DNA of 64,000 nt, taken from NCBI RefSeq assembly GCF_965214065.1, contig NZ_CBDCAT010000027.1, positions 823,968 to 887,967 of the forward strand, given 5' to 3'. Both the position numbers and the translations under genes were made by a program. Below, in pieces: positions 8,551-16,295 of the stretch. This DNA is from Candidatus Poriferisocius sp. GTDB lineage: Bacteria > Actinomycetota > Acidimicrobiia > Acidimicrobiales > Bin134. The notes under the pieces are model-generated. The model was not told the DNA's origin and did not search any database. It saw nothing but the letters and a program-made list of their open reading frames with translations. How positions within the stretch are numbered: position 1 is the stretch's first letter; every line of letters starts with the position of its first letter.

Positions 8551-10205
8551 GTGACGCACCTGAGCCAGTGAACGATAGGAACGCGTGGTGGCGGTCGGCT
8601 GTCGTCTACCAGATCTACATTCGGTCATTCGCTGACGGAAATGGCGACGGTATCGGCGACATAGCAGGACTCCGAGCCCGGCTGCCGTACCTAGCCGAGT
8701 TGGGCGTGGACGCTATCTGGATCAACCCGTGGTATCCGTCACCGTTGCACGACGGAGGCTACGACGTCGTCGACTTTTGCGACATCGATCCGGTGTTCGG
8801 CACGCTGGACGAGGCTGATCTGCTGGTGGACGAAGCACATGGCTACGGAATCAAGGTGCTCATCGACATCGTCCCCAACCACACGTCGAATCTGCACAAG
8901 TGGTTCCAAGAGGCGCTGGCTTCACCTCCGGGTCACCCTTCGCGAGATCGCTATCACATTCACGACGGCCGGGGTCCGAACGCATCGGAGCCGCCAAGTA
9001 ACTGGCTCTCCGTTTTCGGCGGTCCGGCCTGGCAGCAGATGGCCGACGGCCAGTGGTACCTGCACCTCTTCGACGTCAGCCAGCCCGACCTCAATTGGGA
9101 GAACCCGGAAGTACTCAGGGAGTTCGAGTCGATTCTCCGATTCTGGCTGGACCGCGGGGTCGATGGTTTCAGAGTGGACGTGGCCCACGGCCTGTTCAAG
9201 GATCCCTCCTACCCGGACATCGCAGAAGTTGGCGATCTGTCGGTTCCCCGGCAGCAACTCGGTCACCCCTTCTGGGACCGCGACGAAGTTCACGAGATCT
9301 ACCGTCGCTGGCGCTCGATTCTCAATGCCTATAGCGACCGGATGATGGTCGCCGAGGCGTGGGTTCACCCCGACCGACTGCCCTTATACATCCGAGATGA
9401 CGAATTCCATCAATCATTCAACTGGGACTTTCTTGCGGCGGAGTGGGACGCAAATGAAATGGCTCGAGTTATCGCGGAGTCGTATCAGCGAGCCCGCAAA
9501 GTCGGGGCCAGCCCAACCTGGGTCCTGTCTAACCACGATGTGATGCGCCACAGCACCCGCTATGGCCTGCCCCGGGGCACCGACTGGCACCGATGGCCAA
9601 CGGAAGGACCCCATGAAGCTCTCGATGTCGCCGCGGGGCTTCGTCGGGCGAGAGCGGCCGCGCTCATCACGCTCTCGCTTCCCGGGTCGGTCTACCTATA
9701 CCAAGGCGAGGAACTTGGGCTTCCCGAGGTATGGGATCTTCCCGAATCGGTGCTGGAAGACCCCACTTGGGAGCGATCCGACCGCAAAGTGCGGGGCCGA
9801 GACGGATGTCGAGTTCCGCTGCCCTGGTCGTTGGAAGGGCCAGCCCTGGGATTCAGCACCGCTGAGCCGTGGCTGCCGCAGCCAGCAGCATTCGTCGGTT
9901 TGGCTGCCAGCAGTCAAGCAGAGGACGCAGAGTCAATCCTGACGCTGTACCGCCGGGCCCTGGCCCTTCGCGGAGAATGGCTCACGGCCGATGAAGAATT
10001 CGAGATGATCGACCTGGGGGCAGACACGCTCTCCTATCGCAAGGGGTCCAGGATGACCTGCGTCGTCAACATGGGGTCAGCCGACCTGCCTTTGCCCGTC
10101 GGAGAAGTGATCTTGACGTCTGCACCGCTCAAGGGCGGTGAGCTTCCACCCGATGCGGCCGCCTGGATTTCTCTGGCACCAAGTACAGCAAGTTCGACCG
10201 ACTAG
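8547..10205 (+). CDS. GH13 alpha-glucosidase (oligo-1,6-glucosidase / AglA-like)
   Basis: GH13 conserved regions are present: [19 protein letters not shown] (nucleophile Asp), MVAEAW (acid/base Glu), VLSNHD. The N-terminal [25 protein letters not shown] is also typical. ATGA overlap with the permease gene. Confidence 0.9.
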   Translation: MSDAPEPVNDRNAWWRSAVVYQIYIRSFADGNGDGIGDIAGLRARLPYLAELGVDAIWINPWYPSPLHDGGYDVVDFCDIDPVFGTLDEADLLVDEAHGYGIKVLIDIVPNHTSNLHKWFQEALASPPGHPSRDRYHIHDGRGPNASEPPSNWLSVFGGPAWQQMADGQWYLHLFDVSQPDLNWENPEVLREFESILRFWLDRGVDGFRVDVAHGLFKDPSYPDIAEVGDLSVPRQQLGHPFWDRDEVHEIYRRWRSILNAYSDRMMVAEAWVHPDRLPLYIRDDEFHQSFNWDFLAAEWDANEMARVIAESYQRARKVGASPTWVLSNHDVMRHSTRYGLPRGTDWHRWPTEGPHEALDVAAGLRRARAAALITLSLPGSVYLYQGEELGLPEVWDLPESVLEDPTWERSDRKVRGRDGCRVPLPWSLEGPALGFSTAEPWLPQPAAFVGLAASSQAEDAESILTLYRRALALRGEWLTADEEFEMIDLGADTLSYRKGSRMTCVVNMGSADLPLPVGEVILTSAPLKGGELPPDAAAWISLAPSTASSTD

Positions 10206-10216
10206 GAGACCCGAAT

Positions 10217-11386
10217 ATGGCCACCATCACGCTCGACAAGATCAACAAGATCTATCCCAACGGGTTCCATGCCATTCACGACCTCGACCTCGACATTGCC
10301 GATACCGAGTTCTTGGTTCTGGTCGGGCCATCGGGGTGCGGAAAGTCCACTGCGTTGCGCATGGTTGCCGGACTCGAGGAGATCACCGAAGGGGAGATGC
10401 GCATTGGCGACCGCGTTGTCAACGATGTGGAGCCGAAAGATCGCGACATCGCAATGGTCTTTCAGAACTATGCGCTGTACCCGCACATGTCGGTGTACGA
10501 CAACATCGGCTTTGCGCTCAAGTTGGCCAAGACGCCTAAGGCCGAGACCGACCGCCGCATCCGCGAGGCAGCCCGAATTCTTGAGCTAGAAGAACAGCTT
10601 GACCGCAAGCCCGCCCAGCTCTCAGGTGGCCAGCGTCAGCGGGTTGCTATGGGCCGGGCCATCGTGAGGCAGCCAGCGGCATTTCTGATGGACGAGCCGC
10701 TATCAAACCTCGACGCCAAGCTCCGGGTTCAAATGCGTGCTGAGATTGCCAGCTTGCAACGCGAACTCGGCGTAACCACGGTCTACGTGACCCACGACCA
10801 GGTGGAGGCGATGACCATGGGAGACCGGGTTGCGGTGCTGAAGGACGGATTCCTCCAGCAAGTGGATACCCCCCAGAATCTATATGACCGGCCCCAGAAC
10901 GTGTTCGTTGCCGCGTTCATAGGCTCGCCTTCGATGAACTTGTTCGAGGGCACTTTGAACCTTGACGGCGGCAGCCAGCAGGGCAAGTTGACTCTTGGCT
11001 CCCAAACGTTGTCTATCCCCTCCGAGGTTCTTGCCTCAAGGCCAGCGCTTGCTGGCTATGACGGGAAGTCGCTGATCTACGGCATACGCCCCGAGGACAT
11101 GGAGGATGCCTCGCTCGATGAACGGCCCGAAGATCAGTGCATCAGCGGCGAGGTCAGCCTTGTCGAAGCGCTCGGAGCAGAGATCCTGGTCCATTTCGGT
11201 ATCGATGCTGCCCCAGTAGATTCCGGCGACCCCGACGCGGTAGCCGAGCTCGGCGACACAGCGGTGGTTGTGGGAAGGTTCAATCCGAGGAGTCGAATCC
11301 GCCTGCGAGATTCTGCCAAGGTCGCCGTCCACGCCGAGCGCATAAGCTTTTTCGACCCCTCTACACGCCTTGCGATCTGGGACTGA
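10217..11386 (+). CDS. ABC sugar transporter ATP-binding protein (MalK/MsiK/AglK-like)
   Basis: Walker [10 protein letters not shown], signature [14 protein letters not shown], Walker [12 protein letters not shown], plus a C-terminal TOBE-like regulatory domain. Confidence 0.9.
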   Translation: MATITLDKINKIYPNGFHAIHDLDLDIADTEFLVLVGPSGCGKSTALRMVAGLEEITEGEMRIGDRVVNDVEPKDRDIAMVFQNYALYPHMSVYDNIGFALKLAKTPKAETDRRIREAARILELEEQLDRKPAQLSGGQRQRVAMGRAIVRQPAAFLMDEPLSNLDAKLRVQMRAEIASLQRELGVTTVYVTHDQVEAMTMGDRVAVLKDGFLQQVDTPQNLYDRPQNVFVAAFIGSPSMNLFEGTLNLDGGSQQGKLTLGSQTLSIPSEVLASRPALAGYDGKSLIYGIRPEDMEDASLDERPEDQCISGEVSLVEALGAEILVHFGIDAAPVDSGDPDAVAELGDTAVVVGRFNPRSRIRLRDSAKVAVHAERISFFDPSTRLAIWD

Positions 11387-11404
11387 TCCTCACGCGGGGA
11401 ATTC

Positions 11405-12616
11405 GTGCGGCTTCAGCTAATAACAACGCACGACCCCCTGCCCGACTACCTTGAACTGCCACTCCGTCAGCCGCTTGCTGAGTGGACCCATCCTGGACTG
11501 GTCGAGTTTCCAATTGGCATTCATCGCCACGTGGTCCGCTTCTTCGAGTCGGAGCAGGGTCTCTTTGCCCTTAAGGAATTGCCCGGGCGTCTAGCCGATC
11601 GGGAATTCGCGCTGCTGCGCCACCTTGCCGAAGAGGGCGTGCCAGTGGTGGAAGTGCTCGGAGTCATCTCGGAACGCGGTGATGACCTTGAAGACATCCT
11701 CATCACACGGCACTTGGAGTTCAGCCTGCCTTTTCGATTCCTGTTTACCAGATCAGGCATATCCAGTTTGCGTGAATCGATAGTCGACTCAATCGCAGTG
11801 CTGTTGGCGCAGCTCCATCTCGTCGGGTTCTTTTGGGGAGACTGCTCTTTGTCCAACATCCTGTTTCGGCGCGACGCCGGGGCGCTGGCCGCTTGGGTAG
11901 TGGACACCGAAACCGGGGAACTACACGATCAGCTGTCGCCAGGGCAACGGGAACTCGACCTGGACATTGCGCAGATGAACATTTTCGGGGGTTTGCTGGA
12001 TCTTGAAGCTTCGGGCCGGTTGCCATCTGACATCGATCCGACGGAGTTAGTGGAGAACCTCGCTAGCAGGTACGGGCAGCTTTGGGAGGAACTCACCGCA
12101 GAGCAGTCAGTGGAGGTTGCCCAACGTCATCTTATCGACGCTCGCCTGGCTCGTTTGAACGAGCTTGGATTCGACACCACTGAGGTGTCGATCACAACGG
12201 GAAAGGACGGATCGCAAATTCGATTTCGGCCTGCTGTCGTCGAAGCAGGACATCACGCTCGGGAACTCGAGCGCCTCACCGGTCTCCGACTCCTTGAGAA
12301 TCAGGCGCGGCGAATGCTGAATGACGTTCGATCCTACGGCGCATGGCTGGCCAGACGAGACGGATGTGAGCTGCCGGAGGCAGTGGTTGCCTATCGGTGG
12401 CTCAACGAGATCTTCGAACCAACCATAGACGCCATCCCACAGGACCTTCGCGATCGCCGCTCCCGTGGTGAGCTGTTTCACGAGATCCTCCTCCACCGTG
12501 ACGCTCTCCAATCGGTGTTCCAGGCTGACGTCAGCATGGAGGCCGCCGCGGCGGACTACGCATATGAGGCGCTGCCGTCCTCCCTTGAAGAGCGGTCTCT
12601 TCTCGAACAGGACTAA
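11405..12616 (+). CDS. DUF4032-type protein-kinase-like fold protein
   Basis: 403 aa with a GTG start 18 nt after the ABC ATPase gene. Kinase-like motifs are FALKE (VAIK-like Lys), FFWGDCSLSNILF (HGD..N catalytic-loop analogue) and VVDTETG (DFG/DxD analogue). Confidence 0.65.
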   Translation: MRLQLITTHDPLPDYLELPLRQPLAEWTHPGLVEFPIGIHRHVVRFFESEQGLFALKELPGRLADREFALLRHLAEEGVPVVEVLGVISERGDDLEDILITRHLEFSLPFRFLFTRSGISSLRESIVDSIAVLLAQLHLVGFFWGDCSLSNILFRRDAGALAAWVVDTETGELHDQLSPGQRELDLDIAQMNIFGGLLDLEASGRLPSDIDPTELVENLASRYGQLWEELTAEQSVEVAQRHLIDARLARLNELGFDTTEVSITTGKDGSQIRFRPAVVEAGHHARELERLTGLRLLENQARRMLNDVRSYGAWLARRDGCELPEAVVAYRWLNEIFEPTIDAIPQDLRDRRSRGELFHEILLHRDALQSVFQADVSMEAAAADYAYEALPSSLEERSLLEQD

Positions 12617-12717
12617 TCCTTGGTCAAACCCGGTTCATTTTCGTTGTCTTCCCCAGCAAGGAAGTTCATTGTCGCATTAGGGGCCGTTCACCTTGGCTTT
12701 ATTCGGGTTTTAGGCCA

Positions 12718-13398
12718 TTGAAGGACAATAGGGAGATGGATGAGGAAGTCCCTATGGAGCCGCAGGTCAAGCTGACCACTGAAGAGATCTTGTTGATCAA
12801 GCAGGCTGCCCAGCGGCTTGAGGCCAAGTTCGAGGGCACGTTCAACGCCGAGACCGTCGAGCGGCACATCATCGACTCGCTGACCCGACTTGATAGCCGG
12901 GCCAAGTTCGCCGCCTGGATGCCGGTGCTGATCGAGCGCTTCACCCACGACCGCCTTATTGCTCTGTCCCGTTTGGAGGTGGGCACCCTGGACCGGCCCG
13001 GCGTGCTGTTTTTGTGCGTCCACAATGCAGGGCGCTTGCAGATGGCAGCCGGCTACCTCCGACACTTTGCCGGTGACCGGGTGGACGTGTTCACCGGCGG
13101 GTCCGCCCCGGGTTTCGGCACCAACAAGGTGGTTGTGGCGGCTATGGCTGAGGAGGGCATCGACGTTTCCCAGGAGTACCCCAAACCGTGGGCTGACGAG
13201 ATCTCCCGGGCCGCCGACGTGATCGTGAGTATGGGCTGTGGCGACGCCTGCCCCATTTACCCCGGCAAGCGCTACGAGGACTGGGAATTGGACGACCCCT
13301 CCGGACAGTCCATTGAGGCAGTCCGCCCAATTAGAGACGACATCAGGGGTCGCGTCGAGGCCTTGCTGGTCTCCTTGGAGCTGACCCCAGTTTCGTAG
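12718..13398 (+). CDS. LMW protein-tyrosine-phosphatase / arsenate-reductase (ArsC) family protein with a ~90-aa N-terminal helical extension
   Basis: P-loop LFLCVHNAGRLQMAAG (CX5R followed by Leu rather than Ser/Thr), then SMGCGDACP and DDPSG. The start is uncertain: TTG 12718, ATG 12736, or ATG 12754 with GAGGA upstream. Confidence 0.7.
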   Translation: MKDNREMDEEVPMEPQVKLTTEEILLIKQAAQRLEAKFEGTFNAETVERHIIDSLTRLDSRAKFAAWMPVLIERFTHDRLIALSRLEVGTLDRPGVLFLCVHNAGRLQMAAGYLRHFAGDRVDVFTGGSAPGFGTNKVVVAAMAEEGIDVSQEYPKPWADEISRAADVIVSMGCGDACPIYPGKRYEDWELDDPSGQSIEAVRPIRDDIRGRVEALLVSLELTPVS

Positions 13399-13461
13399 CC
13401 GCCGCCCATAGCCCGCCGAGCCGCCGTGCGGGATTTCTCCTCAGCGTCTAAATTACGGTCG

Positions 13462-13506
13462 AGCCGGGGAGAGGAGGTCGGGAGGGGGGCAATCCTCTCC
13501 CCGGCT
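13462..13506. terminator. Bidirectional GC-rich hairpin between convergent genes
   Basis: Perfect 14-bp stem AGCCGGGGAGAGGA / TCCTCTCCCCGGCT with a 17-nt loop and no U tract (actinobacterial I-shaped type). Confidence 0.5.
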
Positions 13507-13524
13507 GCGACTTCGCCATTGCTT

Positions 13525-14868
13525 TCAGTCGATTAGAGCCTGGACTTCGGCCACTCTTTCTTGCACTTCGTCGGGAGTGGGGGCTTCCAGGTTCAGCCGC
13601 AGAAGGGGCTCGGTGTTGGAGGGGCGCAGGTTGAACCACCAGTCGCCCAGGTTCACGGTGAGGCCGTCGAGGCGGTCTTGATCAGCATCGGCGTAGGCCG
13701 TGGCCACTCGTTCGATCACCGCGGCGGCATCTTCCACCACAGTGTTGAGCTCGCCCGAGGCGGCATAGCGGTCGAGATCGGACACCAGGTCGGCGAGCCC
13801 GGACGGGTGGCGGCTGATGGCCTCCAACACCACTAGGGCGGCGATCAGTCCGCTGTCGGCTCGGAAATTGTCCCGGAAGTAGTAGTGGCCGGAGTGCTCG
13901 CCGCCGAATACTGCCCCGGTCTCGGCCATGGCCTGCTTTATGTAGGAGTGGCCCACCCGGGTGCGTACTGCCGTTCCGTGCCCCTCGGCGATCACCTCGG
14001 GAACCGTTCGGGAGCAGATCAGGTTGTGGATCACCGTGGCGCCGGGATCGCGGGCCAGGATCGAGCGGGCGATAATGGCGGTGGTTAGCGACCCCGACAC
14101 CGGCCGGGCCGTCTCGTCCACCAGGAACACCCGGTCGGCGTCACCATCGAAGGCCAACCCGATGTCGGCGCCCACTGCCAACACCCGGTCTTGTAAGTCC
14201 CGCAGGTTCTCGGATTGGAGGGGGTCGGCCGGATGGTTGGGGAAGGTGCCGTCCAGCTCGGGATACAAGTGGTCGAGCACTAAGGGCAGCCCGTCGAATA
14301 CCGCGGGCACCACCAGGCCGCCCATGCCGTTGGCGGTGTCGGCCACCACCAGCAGCGGGGACAGTGCATCCAGGTCTACGAACGAGCGCACGTGGTCGAC
14401 GTAGCCGCTCAGCAGGTTGCGGGTGGTGCGGATGCCCTTGGCCGCCGCTGGGTCGGGGCCGGCGATGGCCATGGCCTTGATGGCCCCGAGCCCGGAGTCA
14501 GCGCTTATCGGCGCGGCCCCGGTGCCGCACATCTTGATCCCGTTGTAGCCCGCGGGATTGTGGGAGGCGGTGAACACCGCGCCGGGCAGGTTGAGCGTTC
14601 CCGAGGCGTAGTAGAGCATGTCGGTGGCGCACAGACCCACGTCCACCACGTCTACCCCGTGGTCTATTGCCCCGTCGCCGAAAGCGGCAGCGAACTCCTC
14701 GCCCTCAGGGCGCATGTCCCGCCCGACCAGGACCGCCCTCGCTCCCGACGCGGCCGTGAACCGGGCGAACGCCCCGCCGATGGCCCGGGCCCCATCAGCG
14801 TCGATCTGGTCGCCCACCGTGCCCCGCACGTCGTAGGCCTTGAAGATGGCGTCGTAGTCGGTGGCCAT
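13525..14868 (-). CDS. Phosphomannomutase/phosphoglucomutase
   Basis: Active-site phosphoserine loop TASHNPAGYNGIK and metal loop GLAFDGDADRV. 447 aa. Confidence 0.9.
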   Translation of the reverse strand: MATDYDAIFKAYDVRGTVGDQIDADGARAIGGAFARFTAASGARAVLVGRDMRPEGEEFAAAFGDGAIDHGVDVVDVGLCATDMLYYASGTLNLPGAVFTASHNPAGYNGIKMCGTGAAPISADSGLGAIKAMAIAGPDPAAAKGIRTTRNLLSGYVDHVRSFVDLDALSPLLVVADTANGMGGLVVPAVFDGLPLVLDHLYPELDGTFPNHPADPLQSENLRDLQDRVLAVGADIGLAFDGDADRVFLVDETARPVSGSLTTAIIARSILARDPGATVIHNLICSRTVPEVIAEGHGTAVRTRVGHSYIKQAMAETGAVFGGEHSGHYYFRDNFRADSGLIAALVVLEAISRHPSGLADLVSDLDRYAASGELNTVVEDAAAVIERVATAYADADQDRLDGLTVNLGDWWFNLRPSNTEPLLRLNLEAPTPDEVQERVAEVQALID

Positions 14869-14951
14869 GCCGGAGTGCGGGCTAGTGCAGGTGGGGGATT
14901 GACGGCATCAGGCGGCTATTGCTTGTTGAGGTATCGAGACATTCAGCGCCC

Positions 14952-15779
14952 TTACTGCTTCTTTAAGTTCTGCTTCATCTCATCGAGTTGCATCAAGATG
15001 GGATAGCCGCTGACGCTGATGGCGTTGCCGTGGCCGGTGTGATGCACGTCGAAAACTGATTGGAGGGCGGTGTAGTAGCCCTGCACATCGAGGGTCTGGT
15101 TCACCGCTCGCTTGGCCTGGGCCAGGCCGAAGGCGTTGTTCTTGGCGATCTGGGCGGCCAGCTCGTGGGTGCGCTCCCAAAGCTGGTCGCGGGCCACCAC
15201 CTCGCGGGCCACCCCGATCTGCACGGCCTCTTCGGCCCCAAGTGTGCGCTGGGTGAAGAGCAGATCCTTGGCCCGGCGGGCACCCAGCTCCCAGGTGTGG
15301 CCGTGGTATTCCACCCCCCCGATGGCCATAAGCACCACCGGGTCGGAGAACTCCACGTCGTCGGCCACCACCAGCAAATCCAGGGGCCAGATCAGATTCA
15401 GGGCCCCGGCTATGGCCTTGCCCTGTATGGCGCCGAGGGTCGGCTTGGGGATGTTGCGCCAGTGCCAGGAGTAGCCCAGGTACTTGCGGGCCTCCCAGCG
15501 GTAGATCTTGTTGAGCTGCCAGCTTCCGTCGGGTTCGTTCAGTGACACCGCGTCGGGATCGGGGTCGCCGCCGCCCAAATCATGGCCCGCGGAGAAGTGC
15601 TTGCCCTCGCCTCGCAACACGATGACCTTCACGTCGTCGTCGTATTCGGCGGCCAGAAAATGGTGGTGCAGCTCATCGAGCATGCGCTCGTTCTGGGCGT
15701 TGGCCTTCTCGGGCCGGGCCAGCGTGATGGTGGCCACCGCGTCGGCGGTCTCGTACTCAACGAATTTGAACTCGTCCAT
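14952..15779 (-). CDS. Enoyl-CoA hydratase/isomerase (crotonase) family protein
   Basis: ITLARPEKANAQN ... VIVLRGEGKHFSAGHDLGG, an oxyanion-hole type motif. Confidence 0.85.
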   Translation of the reverse strand: MDEFKFVEYETADAVATITLARPEKANAQNERMLDELHHHFLAAEYDDDVKVIVLRGEGKHFSAGHDLGGGDPDPDAVSLNEPDGSWQLNKIYRWEARKYLGYSWHWRNIPKPTLGAIQGKAIAGALNLIWPLDLLVVADDVEFSDPVVLMAIGGVEYHGHTWELGARRAKDLLFTQRTLGAEEAVQIGVAREVVARDQLWERTHELAAQIAKNNAFGLAQAKRAVNQTLDVQGYYTALQSVFDVHHTGHGNAISVSGYPILMQLDEMKQNLKKQ

Positions 15780-15910
15780 GGAGGGTCCTTGTTGGAATTG
15801 GTTGCTTCAGCCAGTAACCACTTGTATGGTGAAAAAAGCAGTCGGAACCGGCATCGCCCCAGAGCATAAAGGGTTCCCCTCAGAATCGAATAGACGACGA
15901 AGGGAACCAA

Positions 15911-16276
15911 ATGGCACTCACCGAGGTAGAGCGCACGGAGTTGGCTAACCGGCTGGTCTTGGCCATCGGCAAAGAGGCAACCGAGAAGCTCATGCAATGC
16001 ATCATCCCTGAGGGACGAGACCAACTGGCCACAAAGGACGACCTCAAGGTCTTGGAATCCTCCCTCCGAGGCGAGTTCGCGGAGTTCAAGGGGGAGATGC
16101 GGAGCGAGTTCGCCGAGTTCAAGGGGGAGATGCGGAGCGAGTTCGCCGAGTTCAAGGGGGAGGTCAAGTCGGAACTCAACTCGGCGCTGGCCAAACAGAC
16201 CCGCATGTATCTGACGACTTTGGCGGGGTTCATGCTCACCACGTGGGCCGCTCTGATTGTGCCCGCTGTGGTGTGA
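15911..16276 (+). CDS. Small tail-anchored coiled-coil protein (DUF1640/CCDC90-like) with three 11-aa tandem repeats
   Basis: 121 aa with good GC3. LATKDDLKVLESSLRG is followed by EFAEFKGEMRS x2 and EFAEFKGEVKS, then a C-terminal TM helix LTTLAGFMLTTWAALIVPAVV. GAAGGG ribosome-binding site upstream. Confidence 0.6.
   Translation: MALTEVERTELANRLVLAIGKEATEKLMQCIIPEGRDQLATKDDLKVLESSLRGEFAEFKGEMRSEFAEFKGEMRSEFAEFKGEVKSELNSALAKQTRMYLTTLAGFMLTTWAALIVPAVV
16073..16171 (+). repeat. 3 x 33-bp in-frame tandem repeat
   Basis: Units at 16073-16105, 16106-16138 and 16139-16171. Units 1 and 2 differ at one base (gcg/gcc). Unit 3 diverges in its last 10 nt. Confidence 0.95.
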
Positions 16277-16295
16277 TGGACCACTAGGCCATCAC
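16273..16295. terminator. Short hairpin containing both convergent stop codons
   Basis: GTGATGG-ACCACTAGG-CCATCAC. The TGA of the + gene (16274-16276) and the TGA of the - gene (complement of 16292-16294) lie in opposite arms. Confidence 0.35.

Noticed and set aside
16073-16171. 33-bp tandem repeats considered as a possible mini-CRISPR or satellite.
   Set aside because: The units are directly adjacent with no spacers, in frame, and encode an 11-aa coiled-coil repeat inside a well-supported ORF. There are no cas genes in the window.
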